A DNA stretch of 59,449 nucleotides, counting the filler. It is 5 parts of 5 records of this genome, joined end to end, with 100 filler letters (N's around TTAATTAATTAA, not from the genome) between each part and the next. Parts side by side here need not be neighbours in the genome. Positions count along the whole stretch, not along the records: positions 8,705 to 17,806 come from SRR31156797_22583; positions 17,907 to 39,128 come from SRR31156797_22602; 3 more parts are not named here. The stretch is one strand, 5' to 3'. The translations under genes and the position numbers were made by a program. The notes under the pieces are model-generated. The model saw only the letters and a program-made list of their open reading frames with translations. It searched no databases and was not told the DNA's origin. Of this stretch, positions 10,065 through 18,702 are shown in pieces (position 1 is the stretch's first letter; every line of letters begins with the position of its first letter).

Positions 10065-10448
10065 ATGAACAATATCACTGTTGGGATGCTGCTTGCTGTC
10101 AGCTCCGTTACAGCTGCGACAACAGACCTGCCCCAGGAACTGCTGAAGATATTTGATGAAAGTGTTGCCGCCACCCAGCAGGTTTGTACTGCTGGTGATA
10201 TGCATTCCATGTCGGTCATGCTTGACGCAAAATATGTCATGGACCGGCGGTTGCCAACGGAAGATCAGTTTGAGCAGTGGCTTAATACGGCGTTTAAGGA
10301 AAATAATGTCAAGGATCTGGCCGAAGACCACTGGGGGAATAAATACATCTATAAGGTCATTGTTAAAAACAAAAGATATCAGCTCCGCAGTATTGGCCCG
10401 GATGGTGTTGAAGGAACCGATGATGATATGACCAAAACTGGGCCCTAG
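10065..10448 (+). CDS. Small exported protein with GspG (T2SSG)-like C-terminal motif
   Basis: DHWGNKYIY...YQLRSIGPDGVEGTDDD resembles the GspG DPWGxxYxY...SxGxDGxxGxxDD tail; no G|FxxxE prepilin site. Confidence 0.65.
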   Translation: MNNITVGMLLAVSSVTAATTDLPQELLKIFDESVAATQQVCTAGDMHSMSVMLDAKYVMDRRLPTEDQFEQWLNTAFKENNVKDLAEDHWGNKYIYKVIVKNKRYQLRSIGPDGVEGTDDDMTKTGP

Positions 10449-10519
10449 GGGGACAGAAGATAATATTTATGGAACTCAGAGGTTTTTACTTTTTTTTAAA
10501 TTTCAGCAAGTAGAAAATC

Positions 10520-10897
10520 ATGAAACTGAAAAAACGGATTGATAAGTTAAAGCGGTTACGAAGCAGATATTTGAGCAGCAAAACAGCTGCGCTGTATTTC
10601 GTTAACAAAAAACTGAAAACTATCGTAGGTGAGGGCGATAACTTTGGTACTTTGACGGATTTACAGCTTGACCGTCAGCATAAAAACATCCTGCTCGAGG
10701 TGATGAAGGATGATCAGCTCAATACCATTGCCATAGCAGAGTATTGTTTTACCAATAGAGGCGGGGTTCCCTTTTTTACCTGGAATTCAGCTACATGTTC
10801 AGGGCCTGATGAAGAACGATATCGGAAGATTTTCCTTAGGCTTGATGGGGTTGAACTCTCCAAACGTTATGTCTCGCTGGTGGAGGCAGTATTATGA
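10520..10897 (+). CDS. Hypothetical protein
   Basis: 125-aa ORF with ATGA overlap into the next gene; basic N-terminus. Confidence 0.7.
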   Translation: MKLKKRIDKLKRLRSRYLSSKTAALYFVNKKLKTIVGEGDNFGTLTDLQLDRQHKNILLEVMKDDQLNTIAIAEYCFTNRGGVPFFTWNSATCSGPDEERYRKIFLRLDGVELSKRYVSLVEAVL

Positions 10898-11418
10898 ACA
10901 AAAAGTTCAAGAGGAGGTACCTGGTTGATGGAAGATATCAAATTCCACAGTTAGTGGCGGTGATTGCAGCTAATGTACTTGCTGTGCTTCTTGCAGCAGC
11001 ATTGCTTTCCTGGTTCTATCTCCTTGTATGGGATGGCTCAATTGCCTACAACCATAATCGTCGTGTTCCCATCTACGTGGCAGTCTGTATTCTTATTGTT
11101 ATAGCTGCGTCATGCTACTTCAGTATGCGTCGCAGCAGGGAAACCGCCGGGCTGATGAAAAAGCTGCATCTGGTACTTGACGATGCGGGAAAAGGGCTTT
11201 TCCCTGACCAGGCGTTGACTTTCAGAAAATCTGATTATTTCAAAGAACTTGCGGTTCCGTTGAATACTTGTCTCTTGCAGCTCAAAGAGTACCAGGAAAG
11301 GGATGATAACGACATTGCGGCGAAATTACAGCAGCTTATTGAAGATGTAGAAGGAGGAGTTGTTTCCAACAGGGAAATCGTGCAGACTCTGCAGTCTATT
11401 TCAAGTGGTTTGAAATAA
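10894..11418 (+). CDS. Two-TM membrane protein with HAMP-like C-terminal region
   Basis: RRYLVDGRYQ N-terminus, two hydrophobic helices, then G..LTFRKSDYFKELAVPLN (HAMP-like). Confidence 0.65.
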   Translation: MNKKFKRRYLVDGRYQIPQLVAVIAANVLAVLLAAALLSWFYLLVWDGSIAYNHNRRVPIYVAVCILIVIAASCYFSMRRSRETAGLMKKLHLVLDDAGKGLFPDQALTFRKSDYFKELAVPLNTCLLQLKEYQERDDNDIAAKLQQLIEDVEGGVVSNREIVQTLQSISSGLK

Positions 11419-11485
11419 GGAAACCATGGTGGGAAAGTAGAGCCGATCTTCATCGATTTTTGGAACCGTCAAATGAAAAAGTGAG

Positions 11486-12526
11486 ATGAATCTAATGACC
11501 AGTGTACCCGCTCTTACCTCGAGTTATACAGGAATACAAAGTATGCTTTTTGCCAGTTATCTGCCAAAACTTCTCAACACTGCTCTTGATGCAGGGATTT
11601 TTGAAGAATTGAGAGAACAACAACTCCGCGCAGTAGAACTTTCTGCAAATCTGGATATAGACTGCAGGGTAACAGAGGCGCTTTGTAATGTATTTGTCGT
11701 GTGTCGTTTACTTAATAAAGAAGCAGGCACATATAGTCTTACCCCGGAATCCTTCGAGTTTCTTTTGAGTGATTCCCCTGTTAATCAACTGCATGATGTT
11801 AAAAAATATTCAGGAAGCAGTGGTGTGTTTGATGACTTTCCTTATGTGTTGAAAAACGGGAAGCAGGCTGATTTTGAAAATAAGATGTGGGCCTCGGAAA
11901 AAGCTGTGCGGTCGTTGGCGCAGGGGGCAAAGGCAGGTATGCTGCAAAGCACGGTCGGATTTATAACCCAGCTGCCTGAGTTTACAAGTTGCCAAAAGAT
12001 GTGTGATATGGCTGGCAACATTGGGCACTATTCAGAAGCCATTTGCGACCATAATCAACAGTTGACTGCCCATGTGTATGATTTGCCTGAGGTGGTAGAT
12101 ATTGCCAGGGAGCTGCAGGAGGAACAGAAGACCTGGCTGCAATTTCATCCGTTTGATATTGCCCGTGACGTCGATTTTGGTAGTGGATATGACCTGTTTT
12201 TTGTATCCAACTTTTTGTATAAGCACGGCCACGACGGGTCTCTAAAGGGTTTTTTAAAACAAGTTAACCAGTCCATGAACACCGGTGGGGTGTTTGTGTC
12301 TAATCATCTCTCCCCAGATGTTCCACCCGATTCTTTTCTTGCAATGCAAATAGTGGAACTCTTAACCCTGTGCATGGGATACCCAACCCATAATTTACCC
12401 CTTGAGACGCTGGAAAGAGCTTTGCTGGAAGCAGGGTTTGGTAAAATTACCATTCAGTACCCGCTGCCGGAACAGTCTTTTCCTACTGTTCTGGTCGGGG
12501 CAAGAAAAATGTGTGAGGTGGAGTAA
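11486..12526 (+). CDS. SAM-dependent O-methyltransferase family protein (dimerisation domain + Methyltransf_2)
   Basis: N-terminal wHTH (ALDAGIFEEL), DMAGNIG SAM motif, YDLPEVV, YDLFFVSNFL. Confidence 0.85.
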   Translation: MNLMTSVPALTSSYTGIQSMLFASYLPKLLNTALDAGIFEELREQQLRAVELSANLDIDCRVTEALCNVFVVCRLLNKEAGTYSLTPESFEFLLSDSPVNQLHDVKKYSGSSGVFDDFPYVLKNGKQADFENKMWASEKAVRSLAQGAKAGMLQSTVGFITQLPEFTSCQKMCDMAGNIGHYSEAICDHNQQLTAHVYDLPEVVDIARELQEEQKTWLQFHPFDIARDVDFGSGYDLFFVSNFLYKHGHDGSLKGFLKQVNQSMNTGGVFVSNHLSPDVPPDSFLAMQIVELLTLCMGYPTHNLPLETLERALLEAGFGKITIQYPLPEQSFPTVLVGARKMCEVE

Positions 12527-12572
12527 CTCAGTTTTTCTCAGTTTGTAATTTTTTTATAGTGATATCAGTATA

Positions 12573-13331
12573 ATGCCAAAATTCTTAAATACCAGCGCAA
12601 CCAATTATTACCTGGAAGAGCTCATCAAAAATGCCAGTGAACGCCTCATATTGATAAGTCCTTTTCTTAAGCTCAACCAAAGAGTGAAAGAGCTCCTTGA
12701 GGACAAAAATCGTATGAAAATTGACGTGAGGGTTGTCTACGGTAAAAGCGAGTTGCAGCCCGAGGAAATTGACTGGTTAAAAGAATTGGAATTTATCAGA
12801 ACCAGTTTTTGTAAAAATCTTCATGCAAAGTGCTATCTGAACGAAAAAGGATGTATAATTACGAGTCTTAATTTGTACGAATTCAGCCAAATTAATAACA
12901 ATGAAATGGGTGTCTACATTTCACGAAATGATGACCGTGAAGTTTACAGGGATACCTACGATGAAGCGCAGAGAATTATAAGAATAAGCGATGAGATTCG
13001 CATCACACTCGAAAAAGTAATAACAGAAGATGTCGATAACAAAGGGGGGGCGATTATAAATGAGCCTGAAAAACAAAGTGTAAAAATAACCTCTTCAAAA
13101 CTTGCTAAAAAACTCCATCTATCCACCAAAGTCTTTCTCAACGCTTGTTGCTATAATGGCTACCTGGAAGACAAAGAAGGGAGAAAGGCGCTTACCGAAA
13201 AAGGGAAATTGATTGGAGGGGAATTCAAATTCAGTAAAAAATTTGGACCTTATTTTCTTTGGCCTGAAGATCTGAAACTCAGTAATAATGCCCTTGATTC
13301 TAAATGGCCTGAAGAAATGAAGTTAAAGTAG
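12573..13331 (+). CDS. Stand-alone phospholipase D/Nuc-superfamily protein with C-terminal HTH-like tail
   Basis: LISPF, LHAKCYLNE (HxK-x4-E variant), ITSLNL and NNEMG motifs. Confidence 0.8.
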   Translation: MPKFLNTSATNYYLEELIKNASERLILISPFLKLNQRVKELLEDKNRMKIDVRVVYGKSELQPEEIDWLKELEFIRTSFCKNLHAKCYLNEKGCIITSLNLYEFSQINNNEMGVYISRNDDREVYRDTYDEAQRIIRISDEIRITLEKVITEDVDNKGGAIINEPEKQSVKITSSKLAKKLHLSTKVFLNACCYNGYLEDKEGRKALTEKGKLIGGEFKFSKKFGPYFLWPEDLKLSNNALDSKWPEEMKLK

Positions 13332-13533
13332 CCGAGTTTATGAGGTAATGGATGATTACTCTTTTTGTTCTTGTTACAGAAAACACGCTATTTCATTGTT
13401 AGAAGGGAGTCAGAAATATAGCGTCCCAGAATAATTTACTAACCTTTAATCTTTCCCAAAAAGATCTACGTTAATACGCTTCTTTTTCCTGTTCAGGAAA
13501 TTTCACCTGCAGTCTTGCTGGTAATATTCCAGG

Positions 13534-13549
13534 TGTGACCAGGGTCACT
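13534..13549. promoter_or_regulatory. CRP/HcpR-type palindrome
   Basis: TGTGA-CCAGGG-TCACT, with inner GTGACC-AG-GGTCAC a perfect inverted repeat, in the intergenic region before the Rid-like gene. Confidence 0.4.
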
Positions 13550-13631
13550 GTTATATTTATAAGAGTCGATATATTTGGCTGTCTTTCGTGTTTGCTGGAG
13601 ACAGACGATAAGCTGACTTGCAAAGGCAAAA

Positions 13632-13647
13632 CGGCTTTGTGTTTGCA
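13632..13647 (+). promoter_or_regulatory. Candidate sigma54 (-24/-12) promoter
   Basis: CGGCTTTGTGTTTGCA has GG-N10-GC spacing and TTGCA; ends 43 nt before the ATG at 13691. Confidence 0.35.
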
Positions 13648-13690
13648 CACACATTGTGATGTTGAGTCTAAGAATATAAAAGAGGGGAAA

Positions 13691-14866
13691 ATGGAATATT
13701 ATACGCAAGACATTGATGGGGGCAAGGTCCAGGCTTCATTGTTTTCTCAAAATAGTGTTACAGAGATGCAGCTGCTGGTAACTCCACCTGCAGATAAGGT
13801 ATTTGAAGACCAGATGAGCCATATTGTGGGGAGCATACAGACATACCTGCAGAACAGTGCCGTACCCTTGAGTTCAGTGGTATTTATTCGTTTTTTTGTC
13901 AGTGACTATACAAATCAGCATGATGACATTGGCATGATTGAAGAGATCAGTTGGCATGTTTTTGAACGGTGTGCTGTGTCCATCGTTCAGCAGCCTCCGC
14001 TTGATAACAATAAAATTGCAGCCTGGGTGTATTGTATTCATGATGAATGTGAGCAAGAACTTTGCAAGGAGTGCAATGGCGGGAACGGTATTGCCGTTAA
14101 ACGCAACGGATATGAACATATCTGGAATACTCAGTTGAAGACAGATAATGGTGCAGTTGACTCTTTGAGTCAGACAGAAAATATTTTTAAACGTTTTACC
14201 GCGTCACTGGAGGAAAAGGGGTGCAGTCTTAAAAACAACTGCATGCGGACCTGGCTCTTTGTCAAGGACATAGACTTCAACTATCACGGTGTTGTTAAAG
14301 CAAGGCGTGTGCTTTTTGTGAATCACGATTTGACCCATGAAACCCATTACATTGCCAGCACAGGGATTGAAGGCCGTTATGCTGATCCCAATATAAGTGT
14401 ACTCATGGACGCATATTCAGTTAATGGCATCAATCAAGAGCAGGTTGCCTACCTTGAGGCCAGGGAACACCTTAACCCAACCCATGAGTATGGTGTTACC
14501 TTTGAGCGAGGTACCAGTATTGACTTTGGTGATCGTCGTCATATCTACATCTCAGGAACTGCGAGTATCAATAATTTAGGTGAGGTGCTTTACCCTAACG
14601 ACGTAGGCCGGCAAGCAGAACGGGTTATGGAAAACATAGATGCATTGCTTGCCGATGCCGATGCATCCATGGATGATGTGGCACAGATGATTGTATACCT
14701 GAGAGACATCACTGATGCAGGGAAGATGAACAGCTATTTTTCACAATATTACCAGGACGTGCCGAAGGTGGTGGTGCTTGCGCCTGTCTGCAGGCCAGGG
14801 TGGCTGGTTGAAATAGAGTGTGTAGCCGTTAAGGCAATAGACAATGGTGAGTTTAGAAACTTTTAA
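13691..14866 (+). CDS. Multi-domain Rid (YjgF/UK114) family protein, FkbO/Hyg5 chorismatase-like
   Basis: RTWLFVKDID, ASTGIEG, FERGT, ISGTASI and VCRPGWLVEIE motifs; start placed at MEYYTQ (GAGGGG RBS) rather than 13535. Confidence 0.8.
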   Translation: MEYYTQDIDGGKVQASLFSQNSVTEMQLLVTPPADKVFEDQMSHIVGSIQTYLQNSAVPLSSVVFIRFFVSDYTNQHDDIGMIEEISWHVFERCAVSIVQQPPLDNNKIAAWVYCIHDECEQELCKECNGGNGIAVKRNGYEHIWNTQLKTDNGAVDSLSQTENIFKRFTASLEEKGCSLKNNCMRTWLFVKDIDFNYHGVVKARRVLFVNHDLTHETHYIASTGIEGRYADPNISVLMDAYSVNGINQEQVAYLEAREHLNPTHEYGVTFERGTSIDFGDRRHIYISGTASINNLGEVLYPNDVGRQAERVMENIDALLADADASMDDVAQMIVYLRDITDAGKMNSYFSQYYQDVPKVVVLAPVCRPGWLVEIECVAVKAIDNGEFRNF

Positions 14867-14914
14867 GGCCACCTTAAAGCATACTGATCTGGATGAAGAA
14901 AATAAGGCAATAAC

Positions 14915-15970
14915 ATGACTTTTCCTGAACAGCCCTTAAATGAACGTAGAAGATGGTTTTTAAAGTTATCCGGACTCATGGGGCTTGGTGCCGCAGCGGC
15001 AGCCATACTGCCGGCAGAATATGCTGAGGCTGTATTGTTTAATAAACAGGAATATAAGGTGTCCGAAAGGAAAGTGGTAATGGGGACTTCTGTAACCATA
15101 ACAGCTATCCACCACTCAAGGGACAGAGCACAGGAGGCTATAGGGATGGCATTTGAAGAGATGGGTCGGCTAGAAATGCAGTTAACCCATTTTAGTCCTG
15201 ACTCGCCCATTGGCAGGCTTAATGTACGGGGAAGCCTCGATGGTATCCCTGGAGCGGTTCGTGAGGTTATCAACCATGCTATGGCTTATCATAAACTCAC
15301 AGGTGGAGCCTTTGATATAACAATAAAACCTGTTCTGGATGTGTTCAAAAAGAGCTTTGTCAAAGGCATTCAGCCTGGTGAAGCTGACATTAGTGACGCA
15401 TTGAATAAGGTGGACAGTACTTGTCTCTTTTTTGAAAAAGACAAGTTGATGTTTAAGCAAAGCGATATGTCAATCACCCTTGATGGAATTGCCAAAGGGT
15501 ATATTGTTGACACGGCCTCGGCAATGCTTTCAAAAAACGGAGTGAAAGACCACCTGATTAATGCGGGAGGAGATATTCGCACTGAGTGCAGCCCCGGTAA
15601 GAATAGAGCCTGGAAGGTAGCAATTCAGAATCCTTATAAGTCTGGATGGATTCCAGACATTCTTACCCTTGGCAGCACTGGTCTGGCCACCTCGGGTAAT
15701 TACGAAGTGTATTTTGACCAGGAAAAACTATTCCACCATATAATCGACGTAAAGAATGGCCGTTCACCCTTTACTCTTGCAAGTGCATCGGCAATTGCCC
15801 CAACCTGTATGGATGCAGATGCCCTGGCAACAAGTATTTTTGTAATGGGCGCTCAGTCAGGTAAACAGCTTGTTGAGAGTTGTCCTGGATTTGATTGCTT
15901 TTTTATTGACCGGAAAGGTCGTGTGGAGCGGTCATTTGGTTGGCAGAAATATTCTGTTAACCGGTCCTGA
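14915..15970 (+). CDS. apbE: FAD:protein FMN transferase with Tat signal
   Basis: RRWFLK twin-arginine motif; MGT, GAFDIT, LDGIAKGYIVD, NAGGD, ATSGNYE, HHIID and ADALAT motifs. Confidence 0.93.
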   Translation: MTFPEQPLNERRRWFLKLSGLMGLGAAAAAILPAEYAEAVLFNKQEYKVSERKVVMGTSVTITAIHHSRDRAQEAIGMAFEEMGRLEMQLTHFSPDSPIGRLNVRGSLDGIPGAVREVINHAMAYHKLTGGAFDITIKPVLDVFKKSFVKGIQPGEADISDALNKVDSTCLFFEKDKLMFKQSDMSITLDGIAKGYIVDTASAMLSKNGVKDHLINAGGDIRTECSPGKNRAWKVAIQNPYKSGWIPDILTLGSTGLATSGNYEVYFDQEKLFHHIIDVKNGRSPFTLASASAIAPTCMDADALATSIFVMGAQSGKQLVESCPGFDCFFIDRKGRVERSFGWQKYSVNRS

Positions 15971-16036
15971 AGAGATGTTTATGGGGAACCCTGGTTAACT
16001 TTCCCTTTTCCTGATTTTTCATTCATACCTTCCCTG

Positions 16037-17011
16037 TCATATTACAGAGGCAAGTAATACTGCGCCCAGCAGAGTCACAAGTATCCCGGAAAGAGTGTGG
16101 AAGCATTGTTCTAAAATGGTAAGCCCCTTTTGCCATCGTGCCGAAGAAAGTAAAACAAGGTGTCGTCCGGAAAAACTCACCAGTATGGCCAGGGTTATGG
16201 TTACAGCCATTCCAAGAGAAACTGAGAGCCCAAGAAGCACGCCAAGGGCAATTTGTCCCAAGGAAAAACAAAAAAGTAAAACCATTACAACCCCCGGGCA
16301 CGGTACCGCACCGATAGCAAAGGCTACCGGCAGGAGACCTGCTTTCTTTGTTTGGGGTTGACCAGGAGCGTGGTCTGATTGGGAGGAGGTTTTCCCGAAC
16401 CACGCAAATGCACTGGAGCAAAATAAATAAAGGCCCAGCAGCGTAATAAGGCTGTAGCTAACCATTTGAGATATATGGGTTACCGTGGTCATGCTAGTTG
16501 ATATTGCTTTGTGTAGGATTACATGCAAGGTGAGGACGAAGAGTATGGCAGAACTTGCATGGATAAAGGCTATGAGCGGTCCTAGAAGTAAGCTGGTCAG
16601 GTATGTATGTTTTGTGCCCAAAGCATAACTCATCGCTATTGCTTTTCCATGTCCTGGGCCAGCTGCGTGTAGAGCTCCATATGCAAAGGTAATGAAAAAA
16701 AGAGGGAGGAGCGGCAGAAGCTTTTTGTCGTTATTAAATCGTTTTACATGTGAAGAGATTTTATGCCGTAGTTGCATCTGTACCAGTGTGGTCCGGGCCA
16801 CAATTTTGGAAAAGAAAGACTGGTGTGCCGTTGGTTTGCCCACTACTGTTTGGGTGTTTGAGCCTTTGTTTCCTAAAAGTGGGTTGGCGTGAGCTGCAGA
16901 GAATGATCCTGAACATACAAACGTCATTCCAATAAATAAAAGAGCTGTTATTGGCAGTGCATTTTTTTTAAAAAAAGAGAAGAAACAGGTGATGGAAAAA
17001 GGGTGTTTCAT
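16037..17011 (-). CDS. NicO/RcnA-family nickel/cobalt transporter
   Basis: YGALHAAGPGHGKA and GAVPCPG motifs, multiple TM helices. Confidence 0.88.
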   Translation of the reverse strand: MKHPFSITCFFSFFKKNALPITALLFIGMTFVCSGSFSAAHANPLLGNKGSNTQTVVGKPTAHQSFFSKIVARTTLVQMQLRHKISSHVKRFNNDKKLLPLLPLFFITFAYGALHAAGPGHGKAIAMSYALGTKHTYLTSLLLGPLIAFIHASSAILFVLTLHVILHKAISTSMTTVTHISQMVSYSLITLLGLYLFCSSAFAWFGKTSSQSDHAPGQPQTKKAGLLPVAFAIGAVPCPGVVMVLLFCFSLGQIALGVLLGLSVSLGMAVTITLAILVSFSGRHLVLLSSARWQKGLTILEQCFHTLSGILVTLLGAVLLASVI

Positions 17012-17646
17012 GGTTTTTTCTTTAACGCAAGTTTTAAAGTTATAGGGTGGATCATGTCGAAGTAGATTTTTTTTTCTTTGTCTTCTTCAATGGTTGATTG
17101 AATGGAAAAATCATTTCCGTTTTCTATAAGAACGGGTTGGTCATCAGGGAAGAGCATGACTGCGTAATTGCCCGGGTCATAAGGAGCTATTTTTAAAAAA
17201 CGCTTTTTGGCTGTGGCGTTAATTTTACATGGAATATAGAACTGGTAATCCAATATTCCACTCTCATAAGTAATGTCAAACTGTGTAACTTGCTTTACAG
17301 GGATGGGCTGACCGTCAACCGTAATGTGCGTAAAAAAATCAAACTCAGGAAGACTCTCTAAAGCCAACCTGATAAGCTCACCACTCTCTTGAGCATTAAA
17401 AATGCCGTCCCCGTCTTTATCAAAATCATTGCCGGTCATGGATGAATACATCTCATCGAGTGTCCAGTAAACGCGTATTCCGGAAAGGCCCTGATCGTCG
17501 AATATAAGCGAATATCTTGTTTGTATAAAGAGATGGGGATGGGCGTTCCCGTTGGACGTGATAAACAGAAGCAGCACTAAGGCCCATGGAACATATTTAA
17601 GCAGGCTCATTACCCGGTGGAAAAAACAATATTTCGTCATAATCAT
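17008..17646 (-). CDS. DUF1007-family periplasmic protein
   Basis: Signal peptide followed by HPHLF; W.LDEMYS and YDPGNY motifs; overlaps the NicO gene as is usual for this pair. Confidence 0.85.
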   Translation of the reverse strand: MIMTKYCFFHRVMSLLKYVPWALVLLLFITSNGNAHPHLFIQTRYSLIFDDQGLSGIRVYWTLDEMYSSMTGNDFDKDGDGIFNAQESGELIRLALESLPEFDFFTHITVDGQPIPVKQVTQFDITYESGILDYQFYIPCKINATAKKRFLKIAPYDPGNYAVMLFPDDQPVLIENGNDFSIQSTIEEDKEKKIYFDMIHPITLKLALKKKP

Positions 17647-17717
17647 GCGATGTTATTTTTAATTGAGCTGGCCTTGGTTTCACTCCTTTTTGAGGCTGAC
17701 ACCTGGCCTTGATTGTA

Positions 17718-17806
17718 TCAGCAAAGAGTGGGTGCCGGCTTATCCTGTGTGTTGCCGGCGGGAGTCTTATATTCTCTCAGTGCTGTCTCATAAATTTGTA
17801 AGTAGA
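17718..17806 (-). CDS. C-terminal fragment of an upstream gene (possibly a glycosyltransferase tail)
   Basis: Open frame ...YLQIYETALREYKTPAGNTQDKPAPTLC* at the contig edge. Confidence 0.3.
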
Positions 17807-17906
17807 NNNNNNNNNNNNNNNNNNNNNNNNNNNNNNNNNNNNNNNNNNNNTTAATTAATTAANNNNNNNNNNNNNNNNNNNNNNNNNNNNNNNNNNNNNN
17901 NNNNNN
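17807..17906. other. Artificial contig linker
   Basis: 44 N + TTAATTAATTAA + 44 N. Confidence 0.99.
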
Positions 17907-18526
17907 TCTTTCAAAACTTCTAAAGATTCAATATCATTAGGATTTAAATCTGACAAGGACTGTCCAATAAATCCATCAATAATTACCAATGGATCGTTAC
18001 TTCCATTAATTGAATTTGTACCTCGAATTCTAATTTTCATATCTCCACCAGGAGCACCACTATTGGATTGCACCATTACACCAGATAATTTACCTTGCAA
18101 TGCCTGACCCACGTTAGGTGTTTGAATATCCATAATAGATTCAGCTGAAACACGTGATGTCGCCCCAGTTAAATCACTTTTTCTCATCGTTCCATAACCA
18201 ACAGCAACAACCTCATCTAAACCAACATTATCTGTCTCCAAACTAACATTGATTACTCGATTTGATTCTACAAGCACTTCCTGCGTTTTCATTCCCACAA
18301 ACGAGAAAACCAGCACTTTACCACTTTCAGGAATAACTAATACGTAATTGCCGTCAATGTCAGTGGTTGTTCCAACAGTGGATCCTTTAACCATAACCGA
18401 GGCACCAGGTACTCCTAAACCATCATCCACCAAGCTCACTTTTCCTGATATTGACAACTCTTGGGCACTTAAATATTGTAATCCTATAACGGATAGGAAC
18501 ACAAAAAGTCCGATAATTTTTTTCAT
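17907..18526 (-). CDS. susC: SusC/RagA TonB-dependent transporter, N-terminal part (truncated by contig end)
   Basis: CarbopepD_reg-like domain (GTTTDIDGNY, FSFVGM), LDEVVAVGYG, plug motifs IRIRGTNS, PLVIIDG and LNPNDIESLEVLK. Confidence 0.92.
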
Positions 18527-18690
18527 TAGATTAAAATTAGTTTTTGGTTTCAGATCAAATCTTAAATCTCACAACTCACGAAAGTTTTGAATTCTGAAAC
18601 CGGGTTAGAAATTAGTAAATCGATCGTTTGGAACTCCCAAAATCCAAAAATGGAACTTTGCGATTAACTATTGTATGCACAATGGAATCC

Positions 18691-18702
18691 GCAATCGAAT
18701 GC
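18691..18702. promoter_or_regulatory. Candidate LacI-family operator upstream of susC
   Basis: GCAATCGAATGC, one mismatch from the palindrome GCAATCGATTGC; same core as the sites at 29599 and 29731. Confidence 0.5.

Noticed and set aside
14863..16421. Antisense/shadow ORFs such as 14863-15273 and 16023-16421, and the many 60-130 aa ORFs nested in real genes
   Set aside because: They overlap well-supported genes and have no recognisable motifs or RBS
17668..17711. CTGGCCTTG direct repeat upstream of DUF1007/NicO as a possible NiCo or cobalamin riboswitch
   Set aside because: The spacer is short and I cannot find the conserved riboswitch cores or multi-stem junction
17663..17854. ORF running into Ns, and the X-containing ends of the susC ORFs
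   Set aside because: Artefacts of the linker
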